The notes: generated by a model not told the origin, from the sequence alone. A stretch of 64,000 nucleotides of DNA from Cenarchaeum sp. (GCA_965242695.1 CBDESU010000002.1:640001-704000); one strand, 5' to 3'. Shown: positions 27,435 to 38,120, numbered from the stretch's first letter. Numbers and translations: made by a program.

Positions 27435-30400
27435 GCAGGGGGCACCACCATGGGAGCGTCCGGCGCGCGCGGGACCGTGGGCGGCGCCGCTGGCTCGACG
27501 CATTCCGCCTGATAGGTAATACTCTGCGTGAGCGTGCCGCCCTGCAAGGCATCGTAAGGCGTCAGGTTGAGCCTGAACGACAAATCAACCCAATTGTCGG
27601 CCCCAAGCCCCCTGCCCACGACGGCCGTCCCGTCGACAAGCGGCGCATAATCAACCCCGTCCCCACTCTCAATGAACTCGCCTCCGACAAAGCGGCCCGC
27701 CTCACGCATCTCGGTTACGCTGGCCGGCATGGTCGCGAGCAGATATGCGGTAAAGACACTTGGCGCAGTGCCCCCAACTTGCCCAGAGGTGGAGGGAGGC
27801 AAGGGCGGGCGTGGCGCGGCCGGCAACGGCATCGCCGCGTCCTGCCAGGGGGTTGCCTCGATCTCGACCTGCGCGAACGGCAGTGATCCCGCATTCTGCA
27901 CCTCCTGGATAAACGGCTCCGAATACCCGCCCGGCATCGCTGTCAAGGCAAATTCAGGCTCGGAGAGGTAAACCGAGCACGTCGGCCCGAACGTCGGCTC
28001 GACGGCGGGATCGGGCGGGGGCACGACGACGACGGGCGGCAGAGGGGCAACCGTTCCGTTGGTGCCATTACTTCCGCCCCCGCCGCCTCCGGGCATGAAG
28101 GATGGGATGGTCGGCTGGTCAGGATCGACGACGATGCCTGGGACGGGGCCCCCGGCGGACACCGTGCCGAACTTGGTCAGGTGATAAGTATGGACCACTT
28201 TGGCGCCGTCCGCAGAGTCTATCTGGCACTCGCCGACGCCGCCCATCTGCTGATGCGCCGCGTCGACATCGTCGGCTGCGCATGCCGCGTCAATGGGAAC
28301 GATCGTGCCGTTGGGCCCCTCGATATAGAACGCGCGGCCGCCCGCCTGTCCCTCAAGCGCTATGCGGATCGGCAGATCAAACATGATGCGCGGGCCCGCC
28401 TCGGCGCCGACCTCGACGACGCTCTGCAACAGCACGACCAGCTCGGGTCCGCTCCCGTTCCGCCCCAGCGCAGCCTGCACCTGCTCGGCGGCCGGCACGT
28501 CGGCGGCCACCCGCAGGGCCAGCTTCCCGCCGGCCGGCACATACGAGGCCGTCACATTGGGCGGGAACGTCACCTCTGCGAAGGACGCAATCACGACGGT
28601 CTCTGACGCGGGGAACGTTACGGTGCTGGACTCGGAGCCGTTCAGGGAATCGGCCCCGCCCGGCCCCGCCAGCGCCGCCACGTCGATCGTCACGTTGGCA
28701 ACGTCCCCCACGTCGGTGAAGTTGCGCAGTATGGGGCCACCCACATCCGGCCCGACGACGGCCCACAGTGGATCGGGATCGCCGATGGGGCGGGGCATCA
28801 CGGGCCCGACGGCAACGGCCCCCACGCCGTCGAACTTGCCCTGGGACACGTCGGGGAGCAGGGCGAACGCAAACGTGCCGTTCGGGTTGAACACCTGGAC
28901 TCGATCAGCATCGTCGTCGACCACAACGATCTCACGGTTCGGGCCGACGGCCACGCTTACGGCATCGACATCGATCTCGGTGGCGAACGCAAATGTCCCA
29001 TCGGGATTGAACACCCGACTGAGGCTGCCCTGAACCACCACGAACCGGCCGTCAGGGCCGACGGCAACCGCATCGGCGGTGCCAAAGAGGTGAGTGGGCG
29101 GCCGATCCAACGGAATGGTAAAGGCCACCGTGCCATTGGGTTCGAATACATGGATGCCCGAGCTCTCGGAATAGGCCTCAGTCACCAGAATTCTGCCGTC
29201 GGGGCTGACAGCCGCCTGCCCCGGACTCCAATGCCAAGAATCACCACGGAGCTCTGACACGGACATACCGTCGGGGCTGAACACCTGAACACGGCCGCCA
29301 GAACCATACGGCGCGTCGACCACCACAATGTTCCCGTTCGGGGCAACGGCCACATCGCGCACGTGGTTGATCTGCCCCGCACCCCCACCACTCGACCCGA
29401 ACGCCAAGGCGGGCGCGCCGTCAGGCTCGAACACCAAGATGCGGTGCTTGCGGGTATCCCCGACGACGATCCTGCCATCCGGCCCGACGGCAACCTGGTG
29501 CGGCTCATAGAACGCATCGTCGCCATGCCCATACTCCCCGAACGCGAAGTCAAGCGTCCCGTTGGGATGGAAGACGCTAATGGTGCGGTTGCCAGGCTCC
29601 GCCACCACGATCCTGCCATCCGGCCCGACGGCCGCATCCGTCGGGCGATCGAACCCGCCCTGCACGCTTCCATGGCCTCCAAAGGTCAGCGCCCGCGTCC
29701 CGTTGGCGTGAAAGACGCGAACGAGGTCGTCATTACTCCCAACCACGATCTCCCCGTTCGGCCCGACGGCAACCCCTGAATAATCCCCGACATTAGTAAC
29801 CTCAATGCCAGGCATGTCCACGATCGTTCCGTTGGTGCCTGGCTTGTAGGATGTTCCGTTGAGGGGAAGGTTTAAGAACGTGCCGTTGGGGAGAGGGCGG
29901 TAGACCTGGACACCATAACTCGTCCCCACCACGATCTGCCCGTCCGGGGCGACGTCGACACCATTAATCACACCACAATGATCATCGTAGACGGCAAACG
30001 AAAGCGCAGCCGTTCCGTTGGGGTGGATGATCCGGACATCGTTTCGATCATAACAACCACCCCGATAATTAAAATCACTCACCACGATCCGGCCGTTGGG
30101 GGCGACGACCATGCCCGTGACGCCCCAAGATCGCGGAGGAGGCTCATCGTGGCGCGACACCCCAAACACGGACGCAAACGTGCCGTCCGGCTCGAACACC
30201 TGGATGCGGCTGGCCTCTGCGACGACGATCCGGCCGTTGGGGGCGACGGCGGCCGCCACAGGATGCTGCACAAGCCCGATGCCCTCACCATGCCACACGA
30301 CCTGGAACGCATACGTGCCATTGGGGTAGAACGCATGGACGCCCAAATACGGCTCGGTCGTCACGATCATCCCGTCCGACCCGATGTCGATTGAATTGGC

Positions 30401-30643
30401 TTTGCCAAATCCCAATCCAAACGTGAAGGCAAATGTCCCGTCTGGGTAGAACGCCTGGAGGCGGTTATTGCCTCGGTCAGCCACGACGATCATGCCCGGC
30501 TCGGCGCCGTCTTGGTCGGCATGGGCCGCCGGCAGGCCGAGCCCCGCCGCCGCGGGAACCATAACCGCCAGGCCCGCGGCGACGACAACGGCGGCTGTCA
30601 GCGCCAGCGCCCTGCCCCCTTCAACTCCTCGCAACCCCCGCAT
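27431..30643 (-). CDS. large secreted NHL-repeat (beta-propeller) protein
   Basis: Signal peptide; many xAVGPDGRIVVx...RIxVFxPxGT repeats; Pro/Gly linker and C-terminal domains. Confidence 0.9.
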   Translation of the reverse strand: MRGLRGVEGGRALALTAAVVVAAGLAVMVPAAAGLGLPAAHADQDGAEPGMIVVADRGNNRLQAFYPDGTFAFTFGLGFGKANSIDIGSDGMIVTTEPYLGVHAFYPNGTYAFQVVWHGEGIGLVQHPVAAAVAPNGRIVVAEASRIQVFEPDGTFASVFGVSRHDEPPPRSWGVTGMVVAPNGRIVVSDFNYRGGCYDRNDVRIIHPNGTAALSFAVYDDHCGVINGVDVAPDGQIVVGTSYGVQVYRPLPNGTFLNLPLNGTSYKPGTNGTIVDMPGIEVTNVGDYSGVAVGPNGEIVVGSNDDLVRVFHANGTRALTFGGHGSVQGGFDRPTDAAVGPDGRIVVAEPGNRTISVFHPNGTLDFAFGEYGHGDDAFYEPHQVAVGPDGRIVVGDTRKHRILVFEPDGAPALAFGSSGGGAGQINHVRDVAVAPNGNIVVVDAPYGSGGRVQVFSPDGMSVSELRGDSWHWSPGQAAVSPDGRILVTEAYSESSGIHVFEPNGTVAFTIPLDRPPTHLFGTADAVAVGPDGRFVVVQGSLSRVFNPDGTFAFATEIDVDAVSVAVGPNREIVVVDDDADRVQVFNPNGTFAFALLPDVSQGKFDGVGAVAVGPVMPRPIGDPDPLWAVVGPDVGGPILRNFTDVGDVANVTIDVAALAGPGGADSLNGSESSTVTFPASETVVIASFAEVTFPPNVTASYVPAGGKLALRVAADVPAAEQVQAALGRNGSGPELVVLLQSVVEVGAEAGPRIMFDLPIRIALEGQAGGRAFYIEGPNGTIVPIDAACAADDVDAAHQQMGGVGECQIDSADGAKVVHTYHLTKFGTVSAGGPVPGIVVDPDQPTIPSFMPGGGGGGSNGTNGTVAPLPPVVVVPPPDPAVEPTFGPTCSVYLSEPEFALTAMPGGYSEPFIQEVQNAGSLPFAQVEIEATPWQDAAMPLPAAPRPPLPPSTSGQVGGTAPSVFTAYLLATMPASVTEMREAGRFVGGEFIESGDGVDYAPLVDGTAVVGRGLGADNWVDLSFRLNLTPYDALQGGTLTQSITYQAECVEPAAPPTVPRAPDAPMVVPPA

Positions 30644-30828
30644 GGCGCCCCGCTAATCACTGCTCTATAAGAACCCGCACCGCCGACCAAACGTATGACA
30701 GTGTAATACAGCAGGAGCCTCGGCGGGGCGTCGCAACGCGCCGCACGGTCACCCGCACCCGCCCCGCCGACGGCGCGGCGGCCCCTCCGCCGAACGGTTT
30801 TTGAGGGCTCGCCAGCCGCGCCGGCGCG

Positions 30829-32589
30829 ATGGCCAACGGAGAGATCGTCGATGCCGTCTCGGGGCAGGCAGGCCAGTTCGAGGCCGTCTCGCAGCTGCTC
30901 GCGACGCACCCGTCCCTCCAGGTCGCCGTCGTGGCCCTCGTCGCTGGCATCATCGGCATCATGCTTGTATACAGGAGGCTCGCCCGCTGGTCGCTCTCCA
31001 AGAGGTTCTCGTACACCAGACCGCACGTGTCCCGGTTCGTCCGGGTCGCAGTCCTGCCGTTCTTTGCGATCGCCCTAATCAGCTCGATCAACGCCTACGC
31101 CCACGCGTTCGAGCTGTTCGGGCACCACCCGGGCCTGTCGGCAGAGGCAGCCGAGGCCAACCGCATAGCGAGCGAGACGTTTGCAAAGCTGCTCAACACG
31201 ATGAACATCCTCGTCATCGGGTACGCCGTGGCCCACCTGATCCCGATCATCCTCACAAAGCGCGAAAAGTCGCTGCTCGAAAAGGAGGATTTTGACGAGT
31301 GGTTTGCAAGGCGGGGGTTTGCCGACGACGACGGCGACGTGTTCCACACGATGTACAAGTGGACGCCGCCGCGGACGGCCCCCGAAGGCATGGGGGACGC
31401 CGAGTTCCAAGAAAAGCTCGGGACGGACGAGGGACGGAGGCACCTGGAGGAGTACCACACCCCCAAGGGCAACCCGATCGGCAGCTACGAGGAGGTCGCC
31501 GGCGACCCGTTCGAAAAGTGGAAGATCGCCGAGCGGGCAAAGTACGCCAGGTACCTCGACGCGTGCCTGTCGGGCGGCAACGAGTCGGGCAGAGTGCTGC
31601 GCATGGGGCAGAGGCCCGGCGAGATATACCCCATCGACACGTGGAGAGAGGAGAAGCGCCGCGGCGGGCACGCCGGGATATCGGCGGGCGCCCGGCCGCC
31701 GGGCTATGCCGCAAGGAAGCGCAAGGACATGCCCAGGTCGGTCACGCAGATCATGCCGGTCGCGATTTTCCTGTCCGTCGTGCTCGGCGTCGTCAGCTGG
31801 TGGGGCGTCGACCTGATCGTACTTGCGACCGCAACCGGCGGGCTTGCCATCGGCATCGGGTTCGCCCTGCAGGAGACGATGCAGAACTGGTTCGCCTACA
31901 TCATGATCAGAAAGGACAAGATCATGGTCGAGGGCGACCGCGTCCTGCTCGACACGGGGTACAACGGGTACGTCCACAAGATAACGGCGCGGGTCACGTA
32001 CGTGCGGCACGCGATGAACGAGTCGTTTGCGACCATACCGACGAGGCAGCTCGTCAACGCCCAGATCATAAACTACACGAGGGGCGCAAAGCTCGTCCCC
32101 GTGACGGTCGAGGTAGGCGTGTCGTACCTCAACGACCCCAGGCAGGTCGCCGCGATCCTCATGAAGGTCGGCAGGCGCACGATGCGCGAGGCCAAGAGCG
32201 CGTCCGGCAAGCACCTGGTGCGGCAGAAGCGCTGCCCGTACATCGAGGAGAACAGGCCGAGCTGCGGGTGCGACAAGGGGCTGCACGTCGACATTACGCA
32301 GCCGGTCGTGAGGTTCAACCACTTCAACGACTCGGCCCTCGACTTTGCCCTGTGGGTGTACGTAAAGTCGTACGGCGACCAGTTTGCGCTAAAGTCGGAC
32401 ATGCGCATGATAATGTACGAGGAGTTCAAGAGGTACGACATACGCATACCGTGGCCCATACGGACCGTCTACCAGGGCGACGAGAAGAGAGAGGCCGAGG
32501 AGATCGGCTCGCTCGACGCCGAGCGCGACCGGGTCGTCAAAGAGTACGGGACGGGCGACATCACGGCCGGCGGCGAAGAGGACGAGTAG
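30829..32589 (+). CDS. mechanosensitive ion channel, MscS family
   Basis: TM helices, GLAIGIGFALQETMQN, EGDRV, IPTRQL, DIRIPWP. Confidence 0.88.
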   Translation: MANGEIVDAVSGQAGQFEAVSQLLATHPSLQVAVVALVAGIIGIMLVYRRLARWSLSKRFSYTRPHVSRFVRVAVLPFFAIALISSINAYAHAFELFGHHPGLSAEAAEANRIASETFAKLLNTMNILVIGYAVAHLIPIILTKREKSLLEKEDFDEWFARRGFADDDGDVFHTMYKWTPPRTAPEGMGDAEFQEKLGTDEGRRHLEEYHTPKGNPIGSYEEVAGDPFEKWKIAERAKYARYLDACLSGGNESGRVLRMGQRPGEIYPIDTWREEKRRGGHAGISAGARPPGYAARKRKDMPRSVTQIMPVAIFLSVVLGVVSWWGVDLIVLATATGGLAIGIGFALQETMQNWFAYIMIRKDKIMVEGDRVLLDTGYNGYVHKITARVTYVRHAMNESFATIPTRQLVNAQIINYTRGAKLVPVTVEVGVSYLNDPRQVAAILMKVGRRTMREAKSASGKHLVRQKRCPYIEENRPSCGCDKGLHVDITQPVVRFNHFNDSALDFALWVYVKSYGDQFALKSDMRMIMYEEFKRYDIRIPWPIRTVYQGDEKREAEEIGSLDAERDRVVKEYGTGDITAGGEEDE

Positions 32590-32610
32590 CGGCCGGCGAG
32601 GGGCGGCGCC

Positions 32611-33948
32611 CTAACGGCTTGGCGCCGCCGGCCGGCAGCCGCATTGCGGCGCAGGCGGCTGCGCCACGAGGGGACGGCCGCACCGGCTGCACGCGCTCGC
32701 GCGGGGGCCCATGCCGTGCCCGAATATGCGCGACCATGCGACGAGGTACGGCGGCCCGTCGTACGGATCGGCCTGCCGGAGGCATGCCGCGCAGCGCGGG
32801 CGCCTGTCCGCGCCGCCGCTGCGCTCCATGACAATGTCGGGCTCTGCTACGCGCGGTTCAATCCCAGCACTCTCCTCGGCCAGGGTGACCGCCTCGTCAA
32901 TCCTCGCCCGCGGGCTTGCTTTTTTCATAAACTCGGCCCAGCCGTCAAGCACGACCCACATCAGTATGTTGTAGCGGCCGCGGAAAAAGTCGAACGCCTC
33001 CGGCTTTAGGCGCAGCTCCTGATCGTCGTCGCTGTAGTCGTAAAAGACGGGGTTTGGGGCGACGCGCCACCCCATGCCGCCAGGGCCGCCCGGCCCGCAT
33101 ACGACGTTCTGGAAGCGCGGCACGACCAGGGACGTCTTCTTGCGGGCGTGGCCGAAGACCTGCCGCATGATGTGCTTCTCGACATCGGCGCGGTCGGCGC
33201 GGCCCAGGCTATAGTACGGCCCGCTGGCGCGGGCCCCCGCCCCGATGGGCGGCGCGAGGCGGACGCCCTTTACCGCCGCCGGCAGGCTCTTCTTGAGGGT
33301 CTGCCCGAGCCCGAACACGCGGTCGAGCGGCCAGTAGTACTCGGCAAAGCGCCCGGCCAGGTACCGGTAGGGCACGACCAGTCGCGAGCCGCCGTGCTCG
33401 CGGTTGGTGCTGCAGTACTCTAGCAGGGCCCTGGCCAGGGCGAACTTGTACGTGTTGTCCTTTTTGCCCGACCGGATGATGCCGGTGAACACGCAGTAGA
33501 GGGGAGCCTGCGGGTCAGCCGCCCCCGATGCGGCGCCTCTCGAGAATGGCCCGCCCTCGGCCGTGCTCGTCGACAGGACGGCCGGAGGGTCGGGAGGGAG
33601 GGGAGCCGCAAGCCTCCACACCCCAAGGCCCGAGCCGGCCCGCCAGTCCTGTATGTGGCCTTTGCGCCGAAGGCGCGAGATCTCGTCGGCTACGGACTTG
33701 TACAGCTCGTTGTCGTCCCGGTCGGGGCCAACGACCCTGCCCTCGGCAAGCTTTAGGCGGGCGGCCACGCAGCGGTCGATCTCGGGCTTGGAGTGCCAGA
33801 CATTCTCGCTGCGGAAGGGGCGCGCAGCGGCATCCCCGGGGTGCGTAGCCTCGTCAAGAATGTCGCGTATGGGGAGGCCAGGGGCCCGCAGGCACTCGCG
33901 GACCGCGGCGGCCACCAGGGCGCTCGGAATCCTGGCGGGCGGGGCCAC
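32611..33948 (-). CDS. HNH-endonuclease-related protein with apparently degenerate HNH
   Basis: KDNTYKFALARALLE, FAEYYW, VVPRFQ; C-terminal CAAC...CSRC lacking the DH and N residues. Confidence 0.6.
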   Translation of the reverse strand: MAPPARIPSALVAAAVRECLRAPGLPIRDILDEATHPGDAAARPFRSENVWHSKPEIDRCVAARLKLAEGRVVGPDRDDNELYKSVADEISRLRRKGHIQDWRAGSGLGVWRLAAPLPPDPPAVLSTSTAEGGPFSRGAASGAADPQAPLYCVFTGIIRSGKKDNTYKFALARALLEYCSTNREHGGSRLVVPYRYLAGRFAEYYWPLDRVFGLGQTLKKSLPAAVKGVRLAPPIGAGARASGPYYSLGRADRADVEKHIMRQVFGHARKKTSLVVPRFQNVVCGPGGPGGMGWRVAPNPVFYDYSDDDQELRLKPEAFDFFRGRYNILMWVVLDGWAEFMKKASPRARIDEAVTLAEESAGIEPRVAEPDIVMERSGGADRRPRCAACLRQADPYDGPPYLVAWSRIFGHGMGPRASACSRCGRPLVAQPPAPQCGCRPAAPSR

Positions 33949-34078
33949 GGACAGCGGAACGGAGGGCGCCTAAAAAGTTGACCGGTGGCGGGCGGGGGCG
34001 CATCCGGCTTGGCAGTCCCTGGGCAGACCCCTTGCGCCGCTCTCAAAATTTAAGAGCCGTGCGGCGGGCGGCGGGGCG

Positions 34079-34975
34079 TTGGCGAGCCTCACTGTAGTCG
34101 GCAGCCGGGGCGGCCTGGCGGCCAGCGTTGCGGGCAGGCTTCGCGCAGCCCACGTCAAGGTCGATGTCAGGATGTTTCCCGACGGCGAGGGCAAGATCAC
34201 CCTGGACTCTAGGCCGGAGAAGGGGGTGCCGGCTGCCGTCGTGCACTCGGTCTCGCCGCCGGTCGACTCCAACCTGGTGCGGGCCCTGTCGATGATCCAC
34301 GAGGCCCGCAAGTTCACGGACGACGTGACGGCCGTGGTTCCCTACATGGGGTACGCCAGGCAGGACCAGGTGTTCCTTGACGGCGAGGTCGTGACAATGG
34401 GGGTCGTGGCAAGCCTGCTAGAGTCTGCCGGCGCGTCCCGGATCGTCGTCGTCGACATACACAGCGAAAAGGCCCTGTCGCACTTTTCGGTGCCGGCGGC
34501 CAACATTTCGGCCGTGCCCGAGCTGGCCGACCACTTTGCGGGGATGGACCTGCCCGAGCCGCTGGTGGTCTCGCCCGATGCCGGCGGGCTTGAGAGGGCG
34601 CGCGAGTTTGCGAGGCGGCTCGGCGCCGGATGCGCCGTGCTCGAAAAGGAGCGGAACAGGCACACGGGCGAGGTGCGCATAGTCGGATCCGACCTTGGAG
34701 AGACGGCCGGGCGGGACATTGTCCTTGTCGACGACATGATAAGCACGGGCGGCAGCATAGTCAAGGCCGCCGAGTTCCTCGGGAAGCGCGGGTGCGGCCG
34801 CATATTCGCGGCGTGCACGCACGCGCTGCTCGTGGGCGGGGCCGGCGCCATGATCGGCGAGGCCGGCGTGGCAAGCATCGTCGGCACCAATACGATCGAC
34901 GGGTGGGGCGCGCATGACGGGAAAACTGAGGTCGTCGATGTGGCGGGCATCATAGCCGCGTCATTGGAAGACTAA
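34079..34975 (+). CDS. prs: ribose-phosphate pyrophosphokinase
   Basis: FPDGE, PYMGYARQD, VSPDAGG, VDDMISTGGS. Confidence 0.95.
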   Translation: MASLTVVGSRGGLAASVAGRLRAAHVKVDVRMFPDGEGKITLDSRPEKGVPAAVVHSVSPPVDSNLVRALSMIHEARKFTDDVTAVVPYMGYARQDQVFLDGEVVTMGVVASLLESAGASRIVVVDIHSEKALSHFSVPAANISAVPELADHFAGMDLPEPLVVSPDAGGLERAREFARRLGAGCAVLEKERNRHTGEVRIVGSDLGETAGRDIVLVDDMISTGGSIVKAAEFLGKRGCGRIFAACTHALLVGGAGAMIGEAGVASIVGTNTIDGWGAHDGKTEVVDVAGIIAASLED

Positions 34976-35097
34976 AAGGCAAGCAGAGCAACAGGTTCGC
35001 CGTAACCGCCCACCAAGTTGCGGGTGTGATAGTAATGTTCGAGTCGATACGGATTTGTCCGTCATGTCGATAACATCTGCAAGCAGGGGCCAAAAAG

Positions 35098-35829
35098 TTA
35101 CAGATCCCAGTTGTTTTTGTAGCTGTCCATGTTTGAAGCTTTGCAACGGAATGAGCCGCGATGGTGTGTGAATATTACCTGATAGGTTGACACGTTCTTT
35201 TGTGCTTTAGCGGTTATCTTGCGCGCCGTAATCATTCCCTGGATTACATCACGAGGAACGATGATAAACACCATGTCGCCAGTAAGTCGCACCCTTATCC
35301 CGAATACATAATATGTGCCGGGCTGGTTGGCCCTGTCAAACGAATCCTTCCTGATGGTAAACGAGTAGGGCGGCTTGTCCGTGTTGATGGTTTTCACCTG
35401 GATATAGAATGTTTGATCATTCCTGGTAGCCACTATGTCGACGCCACGATCCGGCGTTGGCTTGCTAACCTCGAACCCACGAAACAACAACTCGCTTTGA
35501 ATTCGCGCCTCTCCGGCAGGACCTGTAAATATACCGGAGACTTCGGATTTTGTCTGATCGCCGTTCGGTGAAGACTCTGTCTCGGCTGTTACCTCAGTCC
35601 TATGCCCCTTAGGAGATAGGTCAAATTCGTTCTTGCCCGTTTTTTGAAACCTTGCATTCTCTCCCTGCGTTTTGATCTCATGTATTATCATCGATGCAAG
35701 TGATGTGTAGGCCTTTGGGTTGGCGGTCTGTATTCTGCCCTTGTCTGTGGCTTCTTTAATGATGTCCTTGACATGCATGGGCCCGCCCACCTCTTTGAGT
35801 AGCCGGAATGCTTCCTCCTTATACCCCAC
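35098..35829 (-). CDS. HARE-HTH plus PD-(D/E)XK restriction-type endonuclease
   Basis: AFRLLKEVGGPMHVKDI...F.KTGKNEF HTH; GE..IQSELL, DRGVDIV, IQVKT; low GC; GTG after TTTATTAA. Confidence 0.8.
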   Translation of the reverse strand: MGYKEEAFRLLKEVGGPMHVKDIIKEATDKGRIQTANPKAYTSLASMIIHEIKTQGENARFQKTGKNEFDLSPKGHRTEVTAETESSPNGDQTKSEVSGIFTGPAGEARIQSELLFRGFEVSKPTPDRGVDIVATRNDQTFYIQVKTINTDKPPYSFTIRKDSFDRANQPGTYYVFGIRVRLTGDMVFIIVPRDVIQGMITARKITAKAQKNVSTYQVIFTHHRGSFRCKASNMDSYKNNWDL

Positions 35830-36354
35830 GACGGGGCGCGCCCCACGCCGCCTTAATAAACCATAGCGACGCATGCCCCCTTTTTTGGCCCACACGGACC
35901 TGCTAGTCAGACGATCGAGGCGTAGTGCCACTGTCCCCTAGGCGGCCTTGGCCCAGATGCCGAGGGAATCCCATGAAGCGCTTGGGTGGCGTTGTACCGT
36001 CGTCAGTCGACGCGGTTGCGTCTGATCGACGGGGGCACACTGGGATGAACAGGCAGTTCGCTAGGTAATCTTGCGGTTGCTATAGCGGCGGCTCTAGGTG
36101 GCTTCAGTTAGTCCGGGCGAGCTCTGGTTGACTTTGATCGTCAAGAGGCACGCGCGGCCCTCACGCGCCCCCCACAAACGCTGTCACCCGTATGCCTAGA
36201 GAAAGCGCAACATGAACACAGCAAAGTCCGTCGCTATAACACCGACAGGGATCAACGGCAACGACGTGTCAGCTGCCCTAGACAGCCGAGTCTCGGTCAT
36301 CCTGCTTGGCGGTCACCCGTATATGCATAAAACGCCCCGCACCGCCGCCGCCGC

Positions 36355-37278
36355 ATGAGGCTCGTCTTCCTCGGCACGGCCGCGGCCTGCCCCACGCCCA
36401 GCCGCGGCCTGGCGTGCACGTGCCTTGCGACCGACGAGGGCGAGATCGTCATGTTCGACGCCGGCGAGGGCGCGCAGATCGCCTACACGAGGGCGGGGCT
36501 CGGGTGGAACAAGCCGATGAAGGTGTTCATAACGCACATGCACGGCGACCACTGCCTCGGCATACCGGGGCTTCTCATGACGATGGGCATGCGCGGCAGG
36601 ACCGAGCCCGTCGAGTTGTTCGGGCCGGCCGGAATCACAGAGTACGTGAGGGCCAACGTCAGGGCCCTCGGCCTCGGCGTGCCGTTCGGACTGACCGTCC
36701 GCGAGGTCGGCGAGGGCAGGGATGTGGCGGCCGGCAAGGGGTACAGGATGCACGCCTGCAGGGCAGACCACACGGTGCCCGCCCTGTCGTACCTGTTCGC
36801 CGAGGACGGCCGGCCGGGCACGTTCCACCCCGACAGGGCCAAGGAGCTCGGCGTGCCGGAGGGACCCCTCTGGAGCGCGCTGCAGCGCGGGCAAACCGTT
36901 GCCGGCGAGGGCGGCCGAGCCGTCAGGCCCGAGGACGTGCTCGGCAGGGGGCGCGCGGGCAGGACTGTCGGATACTCGGGCGACACGCGACCAGCTCGCA
37001 GGCTTGCCGAGTTCTTTCGCGGGGCAAGCTGCCTGGTCTTCGACTCTACGTTCGCCGACGACCACGCCGAGCGGGCCGAAGAGACGGGCCACTCGACGGC
37101 GTCGGGGGCAGGGCGCCTTGCAAGGGATGCCGGCGTCGAGCACCTGGTGCTGACGCACTTTTCGTCTAGGTACCCCGACGCGGCCGTAATGGTCGCCGAG
37201 GCCGGCAAGCTGCACCCGCGCGTGACGGCCGCGCGGGACCTGATGGAGGTCGAGGTGGAGTGGCCAGAGGCGGCATGA
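36355..37278 (+). CDS. rnz: ribonuclease Z
   Basis: FLGTAA, FDAGEG, THMHGDH, YSGDT, HST, LTHFSSRY. Confidence 0.95.
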   Translation: MRLVFLGTAAACPTPSRGLACTCLATDEGEIVMFDAGEGAQIAYTRAGLGWNKPMKVFITHMHGDHCLGIPGLLMTMGMRGRTEPVELFGPAGITEYVRANVRALGLGVPFGLTVREVGEGRDVAAGKGYRMHACRADHTVPALSYLFAEDGRPGTFHPDRAKELGVPEGPLWSALQRGQTVAGEGGRAVRPEDVLGRGRAGRTVGYSGDTRPARRLAEFFRGASCLVFDSTFADDHAERAEETGHSTASGAGRLARDAGVEHLVLTHFSSRYPDAAVMVAEAGKLHPRVTAARDLMEVEVEWPEAA

Positions 37279-38090
37279 ACTCGAGGCCCGAAGAGGGCGG
37301 CGGAGCCCCGCCGGCGGGGATCGGCGCCGCAACGGCCAAGCGGCTCGCAGAGGCCGAGAAGATCGCCGTGTTCACCGGCGCCGGCGTCTCGACCGAGAGC
37401 GGCATACCGACGTTCCGCGGCAAGGACGGCCTGTGGCGCAACTACGACCCGATGGAGCTTGCCACCGTGGGCGCCTTCGAGAGGAACCCGAAGCTGGTCT
37501 GGGAGTGGTACGATGACCGCCGCGCAAACATACGCGCCGCCAAGCCGAACGCGGGGCACCGCGCCATCGCATCCCTCGAGGAGACGCACGAGGTCTCGGT
37601 CATAACGCAGAACATCGACGGGCTGCACCAGCGCGCGGGCAGCACGGACGTGATCGAGCTGCACGGCAGCATAGTGCGCACGCGGTGCAGCTCGTGCGGG
37701 GCGCCCGACGAGTCCGACGACGGCTCGCGCGCGCACCCCGTATTGCCGCCCCCGTGCGCCGCCGGCTGCGGCGGGATCATGCGCCCCGACGTGGTCTGGT
37801 TCGGAGAGGCCCTGCCGGCCGGCGCCCTCGAGAGGGCGGCCGAGAAGGCCCGCGCGTGCGATGCAATGATCATAGCCGGCACGTCGCTGGCCGTGGCGCC
37901 GGCCAACATGCTGCCCGGCGAGGCAAGGGCCGGCGGGGCCGTCATAGTCAACGTCAACCCCGAGGGCGGGCCCATGTCCCATATGATGGACGCCGAGGTT
38001 CGCGGCGGGGCGGCCGCCTCGCTCCCCCGGCTGGCCGCCTTCATCGCCGGGCGCGGCGGGAGGGGGCGCGGCCAAGGCGCGCAGGGCTAG
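37275..38090 (+). CDS. cobB: Sir2-family NAD-dependent deacylase
   Basis: TGAGVSTESGIPTFRG, TQNIDGLH, LHGS, RPDVVWFGE, GTS. Confidence 0.93.
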   Translation: MNSRPEEGGGAPPAGIGAATAKRLAEAEKIAVFTGAGVSTESGIPTFRGKDGLWRNYDPMELATVGAFERNPKLVWEWYDDRRANIRAAKPNAGHRAIASLEETHEVSVITQNIDGLHQRAGSTDVIELHGSIVRTRCSSCGAPDESDDGSRAHPVLPPPCAAGCGGIMRPDVVWFGEALPAGALERAAEKARACDAMIIAGTSLAVAPANMLPGEARAGGAVIVNVNPEGGPMSHMMDAEVRGGAAASLPRLAAFIAGRGGRGRGQGAQG

Positions 38091-38120
38091 AACCGCAGGC
38101 ACCACCCCCGCAGGCGGTTC

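Noticed and set aside
25832-30643. Diversity-generating retroelement (template/variable pair)
   Set aside because: No reverse transcriptase in the window; the differences include indels and are not obviously adenine-specific
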